This document shows, piece after piece, positions 25,652 through 40,559 of a DNA stretch of 64,000 bases. Source of the DNA: Octopus vulgaris (taxonomy: Eukaryota); assembly GCA_951406725.2 (NCBI GenBank), contig OX597822.1:61132001-61196000 (forward strand), given 5' to 3'. Numbering within the stretch: the first letter of the stretch is position 1; every line of letters begins with the position of its first letter. The notes beneath the pieces were generated by a model. It saw only the letters and a list, made by a program, of their open reading frames with translations, ran no database searches and had not been told where the DNA came from. Made by a program: the position numbers and the translations under genes.

Positions 25652-28600
25652 GAACTAAATACTTCACCTTGGTTTTTTTTTATTCTTTCTTTCTTATTTG
25701 TCAGAGTGGCAAAAAAACAATAGGGCACAGATTAATGTTCAGGGAAATATAGTCATCATTCTAAATCCTGAATTAAAATCTTAAGAATTGACTTTTATTT
25801 CGTATATTTCTTTTAATCAACAAAATATCAGTTATCCACTGAGATTATCCAATTCCTTATACTCATCTCTTTGCTGCCTCCTGGCAAAAAAAAAAAAGAA
25901 AATAAAAAGCATTTGTAATTCTATTCAAATTTGTGAACTCTTATTTGGTAGGCATTCAAAAACTGTATTTTTGATAAAACTATTCACATTGTTTATTATT
26001 GGGAGAATAACAGCATGGTTCTTGTTAAAACTGTAGATGACCAAGTTAACATTCCAAGCATTTAATACACTCAAGTTCCAACTGATTTAGTCTGTAGAGC
26101 TGAAAATAAGTACCATAAACAAAGTACATGTAATTAATTGTAAGCTGAGGAAGCTACGTATATTTCATTAGCATGTTGCATATGATTCAGCTCATCTTGT
26201 GAGTATGACTTGGAGAGATGTCAGTTCTGTGATGTCTTCTTACCCCAAATGCACAACATTTAAGATAGTTCTTACATAATGATGTTACTACTTTTCAGGA
26301 CAGTCATAAGATTTCAATACCAGGTTATTCCGACCAAATTTGACAGCTAATCATTGGAATACAAGGTGGTTAATAATGGTAGGCTACAACTTGCTGAGGA
26401 GATAGTCTAATCTTCTGTTATGATTGCATTTACACTAGGAAGATTTATTGGAATATCAAATTGGTCCCAGTACTTGACAAGTGTTTTATTTTATTAACCC
26501 CCAGGAAGATGAGAAACTATGTAGGCTTTGATGGAATTGAACTTGGAATGCAAAGGGACTTAGCTAAACACAGTAGGTATTTTTGTCCAATGTTTTAATG
26601 CTACTCCACATCCACTGCCTATAATCAATTTTTATTGATCTCAGTACTTGCACGGATTTTATTAAAGGAAGTTGTGACTCCAGATGGATTTTTAACTCCA
26701 AACTTTTGAAAAACAATAAGTGATGAGCATTTCTCCATCACTCACCAATTCTTTTGTGATCGTTTAACCCAGTTGGAAATAATAGTTAAATCTTCAAATA
26801 AAGCCTTACAACCCCAGTCTAAAAAAATTTTGCATGATATAATCATTGATGAATGATGTTTGAGAGGATTGGATAGTCATGACTTGAATGCTTTTATTCA
26901 ATGTCTGTAGTTCCTTACTGCCTAATTGATTGACAGCTAAACACCAAAGATACACTGGGCAACATAACAACACAGTTTCTGATAATACATAAAGAGCGAA
27001 ATGTTCATTGCTGAAATACCTCTGATCAGGGTTGGCCTGGTGCCAATCTGAAAGCAGATAATTAATAATTATGTCATTCCAGTAAAATAAATAAAGCTTG
27101 TTTATGTATTTAGTGCACATATAAAAGTGAGATTGAAGCAGGATGACATAGGACCTTTTGGACCAGAGTGCTCCGAGAACTTATGGTGGCCACACATTAG
27201 CACTGCAGTGCTCATGAGCGATTATGTGAGTTTGCTGACTGTAGACAACGCATCCTATACAAAACAAACTAATAACGTTGACTGTGGTATGGTTGCAAAT
27301 ACAATTGAGGGTATGAAGGGCCATCTGCTCAAAATAATTGGCATATTAGTCAATCTATCAATGACTGCTTTAGTAGTGTCACAGGCAACTGGTAAAAGAG
27401 ATGCACTAGAGAGGTAACTAAGGAAAAATGAAATTGTTAGATTTAGTTATGAAAGTTACGGAAAGGGTAATTAAAAGGACTTGCTCTAGACGTGGTTCAG
27501 ATTTGTTCCACGAAGTACTACTGATACCATCTTCCTAGCAACATAACTGCCAAGAAAATAGATGTCTAGGAAATTACTGCTGTGTCTATAATTCATCTAT
27601 CTGGTGATGGTCCTTTGACAGAATTTTGTGCAGTGAAATCTAGTGGTTGCTAAGGTGACTAGGCATAGAGAAATCACTCGTGAGAGCCGTACAAGCCATG
27701 TGAGGATGTGCAGTGAGTAATGAATTGTGTGAGGAATTTAGTGTGCAGTGAAGGATCCATTAGAGCTCAGTTCGCAACTTCTGTTTATTACAGTATTGGC
27801 TACACAGGAGTTTTAAACCCATCTCTGGGAAGTCCTATATATATCGACGACCTAGTTGTTATAGCTGAATTTATAGACTTAGAGCAGAAATTCCAAATAC
27901 AGAAGCAAAAACTTGCAATAGAGAACTAAAGTGTTAAATATTGATCTTAGGAAGTTGAACTTCACGAAGGAAATGGCAAAAACCATCGGGACTGGCAACA
28001 AAATCCAAGCGAAGACTCATCTACTGATACAAACGCAACAAAACAGTCGTTAAAATGGTGGTGGAAGCTGAGATGTATAAGTTAACTAACTGGGATCTTT
28101 TGTATTCGCTCATTATATTCCTTTTAAATTGCTATCTACTGCCCTTTTCGTTAGTCTCTTTCCTACTCTCACCCTCTCGGTCCAGTTTACCTCGAAACAA
28201 CGGAAGCAAAAAGAGAAAATTCTTTTGCCCTGCTGGGGACAAAGCAATCCCTTTCTCTCCCCCACTCCTCTCTCTTTCTATCTAGTGATGATGCCAAAAT
28301 AAAATGCACACGGTACACTGTGAAGTGGTTGGTTTAGGCAAGAGATCCAATCTACGGAACCAAGACAAAAACGAAGCGTACAAACGAAACGTTGTCCATC
28401 GTTCCACTAGGTGGGCAGTCATTCCGAATAAAAAATTACGTTGACCTTATTGACCTGTACAAGCTGTTAAAGATCTTTTATGATCTTTAGATCTAGACAA
28501 TGGATAGGTGCTATTGAAAAAAATTATGATTTAGGTAATTTGTAATGTCATAGTTTACTGCTCAACTAGTATCTTGGATAATGTGTTTCTTACAAACCCT

Positions 28601-29059
28601 TCATCTTTGACGTATGTGCCGAGGAAATATTAATGAAACAAACTTACCTGATTTGTAAATGATACTGAAACCACCTTTGGGAGGATTTGAGATTCATTTC
28701 TGATTCGAAAAGTGTCACAGTAAAGAGAGGATCTAGCCATTTCTTCGATGTATCGTTGAACTGCAAATTGTTCGTTCTGATTGATGTTGTGTCATAGGAA
28801 CACCAAATCGCCGAGGACATGCTCTGCTCCCAACATTTATCAAATTAAGCAACTGTTCTTCCGACATGTTTTCTTCTCGTACTCGATTCCTTTCTCGACT
28901 TTTTTTTTGCCGGTATTCTACCTGCTGTTCATCGTTCATGTTTCGCAGAACCTCTCTCTCTTTCTCTCTCTCTCTCTGTGTTGTCGGGGGATTATCTTGG
29001 TTTCGTTTTTGCCTGTATCATTGCATTTCCTTCTTGTAAGTTTTGTTCCGAGGTGAAGT

Positions 29060-29345
29060 TTGTTTTAAATGTAAAATGAAAATAAATATTATAGTGCAAA
29101 AATTTGGAGAAACATTAAAAGTTGAAATGAACATAGGATTTCTAGTAGAAAAAAATTTCCCCTCATGATGGTTTTGAACCATTATTTCGAGATATTAGAT
29201 CCCGTTCACTCTCTTTATTAGATAAATAAAACTTTTACTTATATTGCTAAGGAAAGACTCTTACACATTTTGCCTTGGAAAGTTGTTTAAATGTTAAGTG
29301 AGAATAAAATTTATAGTGCAAAAAAATTGCAGAAGTGTAAATCAA
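29060..29345 (+). repeat. dispersed repeat, copy 1 (empty site for the piggyBac-type MITE)
   Basis: aligns with 32560-33015; single TTAA at 29287-29290. Confidence 0.8.
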
Positions 29346-32300
29346 AAATCCTTGAAAAAGAAAATGAAAGCTTCGTTGTACAATAAAACGGTCTGTAACA
29401 TATCTAACATGTCATGCAATATAAGGCATCATACCTTCACATTAGCTAGATAAGAGTACAGACGACACTAGAAAGGTACAACTTACAGCATTCATTTACC
29501 ATAAAGATGCTTACAAAAGTATGTTCACAGTTCCTTTGTTGCCTTGGATTCGAAAGTACAGCTATGGACATCTTCAACTGTACAAACTGAGAAGCTTCGG
29601 TGAGAATTTTGTGTTGCTACATCCAACGATAGCACCAAAGGCGAGAGAATATTTTAAAGGTTTCATTGTGTATGCATTGTAAGAAGAAGCTGGCTTTCAT
29701 TTCAACTCGCGATTTGATCGCAGGGCTTTTATATAACGGACTTCCGATATTTATCACACTGTATTTAAACTGGAAATGATTAATTTTATCAAATCAAGAT
29801 GTTCACATTTCTGCTTTGCTACAGCTTTGTAATGCGATGGAAACTCAATTTCTCCCACTTTTGTTTCATACCAAAATGCGTAGGTTGTCCTACAGGGCAA
29901 TGCATTTAAGAACCAAGAGAGCAAAAACCTGTATGCGCTCGATATTTAACAGGTTATTTGATGTGCCCAACTAGGATATCTCGTTGATATATATTACTCA
30001 ACTAAACCACTGTCGCGATGATATGGAATGGTATCCTGGTAAGATAGCTTGTCTGAGTCGAGTCACCATCGTCACGAAGAAAAGTAGCCGGTAGAAACGT
30101 AGGACACTTTCATAGTATCTAAATTCTAGTCATTAGTGGCTTATTCTAGAGATAGGAACGAACTGGTCTTAAAAGAAAAATGAGATGCGAGTTTATCCGA
30201 ATCTAATCACACTTCTGGTTTGCTTTGAACAAGAGTGCTATTATGTGTCTTTAACTGTGTTTAGTTAGCCATTGGTTTTCTTGGGGCGAGAAGCCAGCAG
30301 ATGTGAATCTGCCGAATCTTGCTAAGCCTCTGCCCTGGTCTGGTTTTCTAATGGCGAGAGTTGAGATGTGCGTTCCTTGGTTGCTCTCTACTTCTGCGAA
30401 TGTTTTTAACGCCAAACTGCTTACTCAGAGAAAAGGGTAAGAATCTCAAGGACATCTGAAATGATATTCTCATCTCGGTTTCAAAGTTTGGCACAAGGCC
30501 ATAAATTTCGGGGAAGAGACTAAGTCGTTTACATCGACGTCAGTATTCAACTGGTACATATTCTATCGACTCCGAAAGGATGAAAAGCAAAATCAACCTC
30601 GGCGGATTTGAACTCAGAACGTGCAGACAGACGAAATGCCGCTCAGCATTTTGCCCGGCTTGCTAACAATTCTGCCAGCTCCCTGCTCTATTCTTTTCTC
30701 ATAATGTGATGACTTTGTGCCATGATCTCCTACAAACCGATTGGTCAATAAAAAGAACATGCGTGTGATAATTGCATATTTCATTCGTTGTACTAACCAG
30801 ATAACATAAAGACAGGGGTTCAAATCCTAGGTCTTGCTATACCACCATAACGAATCAGTGTAGGGAATACTAGAAAATTTGTTTCGACATGCGAGATCGA
30901 GGCCGTCTCCAGAAAACGGTGTCTTAAAGTGACACTCAGAAGTGAGACTTCAGCGTGTTTCCGTGATTTTACAATGCAGGCGCAGTTGATCATGCAAAGG
31001 TACAATAGTGAGCATTCATATGTGAGCATTGAACTTACCTATAAAACTGATTATACTTTGGTCTTTTATTTATTTATTTTGTCTTCTTGCCAGTAATTTT
31101 CAATGCGCAGTTACCCCATTATTTGTGGGTTTTCATGATAATGCTAATTTCATTGGAGCAGAATAAGACCAACTAACCGACATATCCGGTGTTACTTCAT
31201 TGAAAAATCAAAATTTGCAGGACTATCGATTGACATTTGCTGAATATTAATAACACAAAAGAAATATTCAGACATTGTAGAACAGGTTTTAAAAGCATAG
31301 ATTTCCGAGTTAGAGCTGTTAACAAATATCAAAATGAAGTGAAACTGAACTACACAATTACTCTGTCAACTAGTCTACGATGACCGAATATATAAATCGC
31401 ATCGAAGTCACGTGTCCTTCAGTTTAGTTACGCAATATTTAATGTCTGCTGCTTTTTACATTATTAGACTGCAGCCGTTCTCGGGCACCACCTTGAGGAA
31501 TTTTAGTCGAACTAATCGACTCCGGTAGCCGTATTTCGTCTGCCGTTACGTTCTGAGTTCAAATTCCGCCGAGGTCGACTTTGCCTTTCATCCTTTCGGG
31601 GTCGATTAATTAAGTACCAGTTACGTACTGGGGTCGATGTAATCGACTTAATCCGTTTGTCTGTCCTTGCTTGTGCCCCCCCTGGGTTTAGCCCCTTGTG
31701 GGTTGTAAAGAAATAGGTACTTATTATTATTTTTGTAAAGCCTGGTACCTATTCTAGCGGTCACTTTTGCCGAACCGTTAAGTTACGGGGACCTAATCAT
31801 ATCAACAACGGTTGTCAAGCGGGGGTGATGGGACACACACACATGACGGCCTTCTTTTAATTTCCGTCTACCAAATCCACTCACATGGCTATAGTAGAAA
31901 ACACATGCCCAGGATGCCATACAGTGGAATTGAACCCTGAACCATGTGGCTGGGAAGCAAACTTCTTACCACACAGCCATGCCGGCGCCTATATATTGTT
32001 TAGTCTTTGATTTTACATGTTTGTGTCATATTCTAGGCATAGAATTATTATTCAAGATCTTATTATTCTAGGCAAGGCAAGACAATACGATGTAGTTTGA
32101 GGGAGATGTTACTGCTATTTCCAGCCGGTCGAGCCACCAAGAAGAAGATTTTCATTGGTTCATACTTTTGTGGGAAGAACTAATAAAATAAGACCAGTTG
32201 ATTGCCATGATACTTTAGGCGACAGACCCCATTGCTGTATCAATGGCTACAAAATATATGCTAGGAAATGATCTACGAGCTTAAGTGATACCAAAAGAAA

Positions 32301-32739
32301 AATATCTTTAGAAGCGTTGAGATGTAATCCGAAACTAATGGAACAAGAATTCAAAACAGATGAAAATTCAATTACGGCTGTGTAATTTAGATAATCCTTA
32401 GAACATGAAAATTTATTTCATTCGCCGCTACGATTGAAGGAGGGCCCACAATTTTGTGTGTAAGTGATTTCAGACCAGAACGATTTCAACAGCGTGTACC
32501 TCATTAAATCAAGTAAAATTACAACAGATTAAACATGATTGAAACAAGCAGAAAGAAAAGCTTTAAAAGTTGAAATGAACATAGAATTTCTAATACAAAA
32601 AAATTTTCCCTCATGATGGTTTTGAACCATTATTGCGAGATATTAGATCCCGTTCGCTCTTTTTATTAGATAGATAAAACTTTTACTTTTTTTTGCTAAG
32701 GAAAAACTCTTACACTTTTTGCCCTGGAAAGTTGTTTAA

Positions 32740-32960
32740 CCCTTTAGTGTTTAAACTGGCCAAATCCGGCCCAATATATTCTAGATGTTTTATATTCAAC
32801 CTGGTGATATCTAGCCTCTCACACCTAACCTACAATGCCATTCTAAAAATAAACAATCACATCATTGAAATCTCAAAGCTATAAGATAATCCAGGATTAA
32901 TTCAAAACAATTTGAATGAAAAAGTATTACATTTAACAGAATAATCTGAACACTAAAGGG
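32740..32960. mobile_element. piggyBac-type MITE
   Basis: TTAA|CCCTTTAGTGTT...AACACTAAAGGG|TTAA; absent from the paralogous copy at 29287. Confidence 0.9.
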
Positions 32961-35069
32961 TTAAATGTGAGGTGAGAATAAAATTTATATTGCAAACAAT
33001 TTGCAGAAGTGTAAAGATTTGACGTGTTCGTTTTTGAAATTTATAAATCCTAAATAATTTAAGTGACTTTTTTCTCTTATGGAGATTTTAAGTATGTTTT
33101 ACAAGACTTCACATTCCTTCGTGCCGTTTTCATCAAATCTGCACTTCACCACTAGACCTCGTAGAATGCACAATATTCTATGGTATCAAGGATTAATGAG
33201 ATGTCAGCACAATGTTTTGATCGTCTATTAATCGTATAACGTAAGAGATCGGGGCATCTTGTTATAACTGCATAATGTGTGAAAGAGGTTGCGTCGTGCT
33301 TATCAGGTTAAGTAGTTTTATTTAAACCACGTGGTTCCAACTTGACAAGTTTCTTCTGATATAGCATCAGACTGACTTCAACGAAGGTTCATCGATTTAT
33401 ATATCTTTTCGTTACTATAGTGTATTATAGAATTTATTTTGTGTTGCAACGGTTTTAGATAATACGTCTAATCAATCGTCTGCGGACAGAAAAAGAAAAG
33501 CTGTACACGTGTTTCGATTCTTGTTGCATTTAGGACCAGTAACTGTACTTTCCTCACCTATCCACGAACACACTGCCTATAAAACCACTAATATTAGGGT
33601 TAAAGTAAACTCGATAAACCAATTTGCATATTTTAACAATTTTGTAAGCAGCGGGATCATTAAATTACAGATATGTTAATGGGGTTTTGTCACATTGCTA
33701 TAAGGTACCATAGAATATACCTATAAGTATTAGCCAGCATTACGATTGTAAAACAATTCAACTCTTGGACAGAAAACATGCTGGCTAAAAGAATCTCCAT
33801 AGATATGTGCTAAAGAACATTAAAGCAATGAAACGAAACTATTAATATACTAGTAATTCAATCGTTTTTGCCTATTTTTCCATGCTTCAATAAGAGACAG
33901 ATCTTCCCCGGAACATTATCTCACCATTTGAGAAAACTATTGTCAAATTCAGCCTCCGGAGATCATCGTGTCCTTAATCTTCGTTTTCCATTTAGATTGT
34001 CTAACGCTTCATCCAAGTGTCATTTTCGACATCTGCTGCAGCTCAGTCTTGTCTTTTGCAAACATCTTATTCGTCTTATACCCATTTTACTCTGTTCATG
34101 TGTGTCTATAAATCATGTCCACTAACATTACATATCCAGTGGAGCATGCCGACCTCGTACCACTTTTACAGGTGGCAGTTGAGTCCCGTCTTTTTTCTCT
34201 GCTAAGACTTGTCTTTACAATGTCCAAGTGAAGATTCCTTGATTCTAGTTTTGCTCTCATATTTGGAATTTCTTTCTTTCAGCAGAATTAGTTTTGAGAA
34301 CTAGTTCGTTACTATGGACGGCTAACCAAACTCTTCTGTTATGAGGTGGCTGAGAATCAAATCTTGACAGACTCCTACCTATACACAAAATTCTTCAGTG
34401 AATTTGTTGCTAGCTCACTTTGATAACAGCATCTCTGTAAATGGGTTTGCATTGCTCTCACAAGCAACTCGTCTATATCTAGTTTTCTTAGTGTCCAGAC
34501 TATAGTGTAGTGTTCTCTGTGTCAACAAATGCTAAGTCCAGTACATTGTTCTCAATGATATGCCAATCTGCATCTCCACTAAGCTAATTTTCGTCCTAAT
34601 TAGTTGTGTTAATTTCTGCTTTCACAATTTAGTACATTAGTTTATTACACCTTATTAGAACATTGATGAGTCAATGACAAGCATGTCAATAGTGTCATGT
34701 GATGAACTTAAGGGGGAAAATGCCTCTTTGCAATATCATGTTAGAAAGCCTTAACGTTCAGCATTGAGCTAAATTCAATTCAGTAGTAGGTATTCCTTTT
34801 GGGGGTACTTGGGGATATATATCAATAAATATCCTTAAAAAAAAAAAACTTTGTACGTTGACCGCTGAAAATGCTTAATAAACTTGATAATATTTCCAGT
34901 TTTTCAATGTCATTTAAATTAATTTCACTATTCCGCAGATAGCTGTGCACTTATTTTCTGAAAACGGAATGTGTGTGTGTGTGTTGTTGTTGTTGGGGGG
35001 GGGCAGTTAGTGGCGTATTGGCTCCTATTTCTAGCAACCCACGAACTGTCTATTTCACAGTAATGTCTA

Positions 35070-36333
35070 TATCCTTATAAAAAGCAAAGTTCGTTTGTAC
35101 ATTAACCGATGAAAACACTAAATATAAAAAGCAAAGTTTGTTTCTATGTTGACTGTTGAAAACACTAAATAAAATTGATATTTCAGGATCTTCGTGTCAT
35201 TTAAATTAATTCGACCATTCCACACATAGCTGTGTACTTATTTTCCGAAAACGTATTTTGGTGGTGTATTAGTTCCTATTTCTAGCAAACCAGCTATTAT
35301 CTATTTCGTCATAATGCTTTTTATAAAGTGAAAAATCCTCCACCTATCACTTAATCCACCACCAACTTTCTCTAACTTTAGTCATATTTATTCTTTTGAA
35401 ATCGCCGCTGGCCCTATGCTTTTTCTGTCTATTGTCCCGCTTTATGCCTATCTCTCTCACTACCTCTACTTCTTTTTCTCTCGAGAAAACACATGCGAGG
35501 AGAAAGGAAGTTACAGACAAAAAACAAGTGCGGCGCTGGACCTCTGCTTTCTCAGTCTATATGCCCTTCTCTATATCTCTATCACTATCTCTGACTGGTT
35601 GTATGTGTCTTTCTCACTACCCCTACCACTATCTCTTTAGAGAAAAAATACACAAGACAGAAAGGAGGTTAGGGAGAAAAAAAGAAACTAGTGAAACAGA
35701 GTGGGGATGAAGGTAACCACATCTATAAATCTATCGACGCGGACAATGCTGTTCATTATCCTGTTGAATTCCTGAAGTCTGGAAGCGTCCAGAATGCGGC
35801 CACATAGCTTTGAAGTGAAGGGCGCAATCATCATGCTTCTCAGAAACCTGGATCAGCCAAGATTGTACAATGGTACAGATATGCTTGTGACTGAACTATA
35901 GCTTCACATTATTGAAGCAAAAATCCTCATTGGATGCAGAAAGAGAGACATCATATTTATACCGAGAATACAGTTAATACAACACATGTCTCCTTTCGTT
36001 TAAAACGATTGCAATTTCCAGTGAGAGTCAGTTACTCAATGACCATTAACAAGTGTCGGTCTCCATCTAGAAGAAGGCTGTTTCTCACATGGTCAAGTGC
36101 ATGTAGGTTGCTCCAGAGTAGCAAGCCCACAGAAACTCTTCATATATGTTCTGAAGGAAAAAGTTTAAAACAGTGTATATACTGAAGTTCTGTAAATGTT
36201 TTATAATTTTTGTACAATACATTTCTCTGTTATTATCTATATTACTTTCTGTATTTAGATATTCTAAACAACTTTTATTGTAAGGAAAATGGGCATTATA
36301 ATAGATGCCTACAGACTGGGAGGCATCCTTTAG
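35070..36333 (+). mobile_element. Helitron remnant with PIF1-like helicase fragment
   Basis: 35820-36125 encodes IIMLLRNLDQPRLYNGT...IIEAKILIG...IFIPRI...RLQFPVRVSYSMTINK...FSHGQ..VGCSRV with frameshifts; 3' hairpin GATGCCT..AGGCATC at 36304-36327; 5' boundary uncertain. Confidence 0.75.
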
Positions 36334-36455
36334 CACGGTTAAAGACCAAATATTAAACAAGTAAAAAGTTGAATAGAATTGCTAATTTAATTAATGGTGC
36401 ATTGTGTTAATTAAAACAAGAACAAACAAAATTTCATTTGAACCTGAAAGGTGAC

Positions 36456-36461
36456 TTTATT
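36456..36461 (-). terminator. polyadenylation signal of gene B
   Basis: minus strand AATAAA about 37 nt after the stop, followed by GU/U-rich ttttgtttgttcttg. Confidence 0.7.
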
Positions 36462-36497
36462 TTCAAGCAATCGTTCTTGCAAATGTCTTTAAATCAT

Positions 36498-37624
36498 TTA
36501 ATATTCATCGACGTCTTCATCTTCAGCATCAAATGTGTCAACTCCAACCTCTTCATAGTCTTTCTCCAGAGCTGCCAAATCCTCACGAGCTTCAGAGAAC
36601 TCACCTTCTTCCATACCTTCTCCTACATACCAGTGAACGAAAGCACGCTTGGCATACATCAGGTCAAACTTGTGGTCCAGGCGAGCCCAGGCCTCAGCAA
36701 TGGCTGTGGTGTTGCTCAGCATGCACACAGCACGTTGAACCTTAGCAAGATCACCTCCTGGAACAACAGTTGGTGGTTGGTAATTGATACCAACCTTGAA
36801 GCCAGTTGGACACCAGTCAACAAACTGGATTGACCTCTTTGTCTTGATAATTGCAATGGCAGCATTGACATCTTTGGGAACCACGTCACCACGGTACAAC
36901 AGGCAGCAAGCCATGTATTTACCATGGCGAGGGTCACATTTCACCATCTGGTTTGCTGGTTCAAAGCATGCGTTTGTAATCTCAGCTACATTCAACTGCT
37001 CATGATAGGCTTTCTCAGCAGAAATGATTGGTGCATAAGTAGCCAATGGGAAATGGATCCTAGGATAAGGTACCAAGTTGGTCTGGAACTCAGTCAGATC
37101 AACATTAAGAGCACCATCAAATCTCAAAGAGGCAGTGATTGAACTGACAACCTGAGCAATCAAACGATTCAGGTTAGTATAGCTGGGTCTTTCAATATCA
37201 AGATTTCTTCGGCAGATATCATAGATGGCCTCATTATCCACCATGAAAGCACAGTCAGAGTGCTCCAGGGTGGTGTGGGTGGTCAGGATAGAATTGTATG
37301 GTTCTACAACAGCAGTTGCTATTTGAGGAGCAGGATAGATGGAGAATTCTAGTTTAGACTTCTTTCCATAGTCAACACTGAGACGTTCCATAAGAAGAGA
37401 TGTGAATCCAGAACCAGTACCACCACCGAAACTATGGAAGATCAAGAAACCTTGAAGGCCAGTACATTGGTCAGACAATTTACGAATTCTGTCAAGAACC
37501 AAATCAATTTGTTCTTTTCCAACAGTATAATGACCTCTGGCGTAGTTATTGGCTGCATCTTCCTTTCCTGTGATGAGTTGTTCAGGATGGAAAAGTTGTC
37601 TGTACTGACCGGTACGAATCTCAT
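36498..37624 (-). CDS. TUBA: alpha-tubulin gene B, terminal coding exon 3
   Basis: ctttcag acceptor; same length as gene A exon 3 (1127 nt); ends ...[18 protein letters not shown]. Confidence 0.98.
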
Positions 37625-37741
37625 CTGAAAGTAAAAAAAAAAAAAAAAACCTCATTTGAATCATTTGTTCAAAAAGTTGAATGAAATTAAAATTTCCAAA
37701 ATTTAACAATAAGATACAGAAATACATATGAAAATACTCAC

Positions 37742-37964
37742 CAACAACAGTGGGTTCCAAGTCTACAAAAACAGCCCTGGGAACATGTTTTCCAGACCCT
37801 GTTTCACTGAAGAAAGTGTTGAAAGAGTCATCTCCACCGCCAACTGTTTTGTCAGATGGCATCTGACCACTTGGCTGGATTCCATGTTCCAGACAATAAA
37901 GTTCCCAGCAGGCATTACCAATCTGGACTCCAGCCTGTCCAACGTGGATACTGATACATTCCCT
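37742..37964 (-). CDS. TUBA: alpha-tubulin gene B, coding exon 2
   Basis: minus strand ttttcag|AGG GAA TGT ATC = [12 protein letters not shown]...; 223 nt; ends G|gtgagt; K40 motif present. Confidence 0.97.
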
Positions 37965-39046
37965 CTGAAAAAGAGAAAAAAAATGAATTCAATTAATTTA
38001 AAAGAAATTAATTAATTTTTTTTAAAGGGGCCTCATTAGATAAGACTACAGAAACAAATTGAATCCTTTCAACGACACTGTGTGGGTGCAGTGTTGATTG
38101 AACTACAATTTCATTAATTCTCAGCTACTTGATGGATTAGGTCAGAGGTCGCCAACCACTAGATTGCAAACAAAGCAGTGGATCATTTGGTACCAAGCTG
38201 CAGAGAACAGATAAACTTTTTTTTACATCTTACTGTTTTTTTACTGGCTACCACAGCTGGATGTTTTTGTACTATATGTGTAATATGATCTGATAATCAT
38301 ATTACATATGCCTATTGAGGTTTATTATCCGCGGCACAAAAAAAAAAAAAAAAAAAAAAGAAAATGATTGAGTTTCACTGGTACATTAGCTGTATTGTTA
38401 CTTGGCCTAGATCAGCCTTAATGGAGCAGTCAGGACCATCTTGTCATTTTAAGAGTATCTAGGAATATATTAAGCATATATCCCACGCTTCTTTATGACA
38501 GCAGGGTGTGACTTAAGGGAGATTTGGCTGATATTTCTAGCAGAACAATCGACCAAATAGAGGCCTCCATTCGATGGCTTGTAAATGTACTGTCAGGAGA
38601 GATAAAATTGATGTGTACAGACAAGATACTATTGTCTAGTATCTGTCGGAGTTTATCACATGCAAGCGAGATATCTAGAGAGAATAATGAATATTGCTCA
38701 TATGAGATGCAAAAATATCAAATCAGAAATAAAAAAAATTCTTAACGAGACGAATAAAAGTTTCATTGATGAAATTAGTCACACAACCAAACTACTAGAT
38801 TTGTGTAGAAGTTATCTCCCTTACCATCCTACGTATCATTCACTACATCTAACATGACCAAAACTCATAACGCTACTTTTGAAAGAACAGAGTGGTCGAA
38901 CGAGCGACAGAGAGAGAAAGAGAGAGAGGTCACTGAAGTTTGGAAGCATCAGTTTCAATGTTAGGTTTAAAGAGTGTTGGAATGCTATACAGCATTTTAT
39001 TACCATACACAGATCAAGTATTGCATGCTTGAAAAGTTCGAGAAAA

Positions 39047-39104
<58 letters not shown>

Positions 39105-39900
39105 TAAACCATATACATGATTAGCATTCTAATTTTATTTAATGACTATATACGAGATGAATGATTGTTAATCTTCGTTGGATGTGAAGTCCGAACTTTG
39201 AGTGCCACCAATTTCCTCAGACAAGAGTATTTAGTTTTTTTTTTATATCTTACTTCTGGCCATGTTGGGGCACCATCTTGAGGGTTTTTGTCGAATAAAT
39301 CAACCACCCAGTACAAGGTACTTATTCAATTGGCCTCTTGTGTCACACAATCATATTACGTTGACCTGAACTATCAACACCGGTTGTTAAACAGTGTGGT
39401 GGGGAGAGACAAACATGCGCGCACACACAACGGGCTTCTTTAAGCTTCCACATATCAAATCTACTTACAAGGTTTTGGTCAGACTGGGTCTATAGTAGCG
39501 ACACGCGCCCAAGGTGCCACGTAGTGAGACCGAACCCGAAACCATGCACTTGGAAAGCAAACTCTTTACCACACATCTACACAATATGTTCGAGAGCCAT
39601 GGTTTCTACATATTCTTAGAAAGGGTTTTAAGTACAACTCCATTACCAATACTATACCTAATGCCATAAACAGTGTTCAGTCAATTTATGGACTGAATAT
39701 ATTCAAATTACTAAGGCATGTGAACCCCACCCATGTTTTTTTAAACAGCGATGATCGAGGAAGGTGTGCCTCTAAAATCTGCTGAATACGAACTTATTTG
39801 CTGAACACATAGGAAACCATGGAAAATAAAAGACACACCTTTGGGTGTAATGTAGGTAGATAGAGTCTATTCGTTCGAAAGTGATGATTCACTAATTGCC

Positions 39901-39939
<39 letters not shown>

Positions 39940-40559
39940 ATTTTGTTCAAGAGTTCGATTTCCCGCAGCGCGTTGTGTCCTTGACACTTTATTTAACGGT
40001 GCTCCAGTCCATTTAGCTGGTAAAACGAATTTCCCTGAGACGTATGAGGAGTACGCGTGTCTGTGGAGTTCTCAGCCATTTGCACGCTAATCTCACGAGT
40101 AAAGCTGTTCCGTTGATCAGATCAACTGGAACCCTCGTTGTCGTAAGCAACGAAGTGCCAGTTTATATATATATATATATATATATAAACGATTAAGAGA
40201 GCCACGTTCGAAATTAGTCTCCAAAGACTTCATACGTCGACATACCAACACACACTTGATAACTATGGTACTCATATCGTAATTTAGCCGTTTGTTGTTA
40301 TTTCCAGTCCGTTTCATGCCTACGACGGTCACCACTGACCTACATATTCTATTAGCAATCCTCAAGAACACAAACAGAAAGACTACTTTTATGCTTGGAG
40401 CATTAATGCGTATAAACATGAGTCAAGCCACAGGAAGTCTGAACAAATGTGTAGCAGTAACAATTATTGTTTAGACAAAATGCTCCAACAATCACTACTA
40501 CCACCACCCTTTTACACTTCGCCAACATCACCTCCTTTTCACAGAGAGTCAAGTGGAAA

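Noticed and set aside
31030-31050. AG|GTAAGT motifs on the minus strand (~31040, ~28648, ~54222) as recursive splice sites of a hidden host gene
   Set aside because: Weak polypyrimidine tracts and no supporting exons; compatible with chance or transposon sequence
37625-37741. 454-aa ORF 36498-37862 suggesting a tubulin with a 39-aa insertion
   Set aside because: The insertion is intron 2 (gtgagt...ttcag, 117 nt), which happens to be in frame and stop-free; gene A has an intron at the same position
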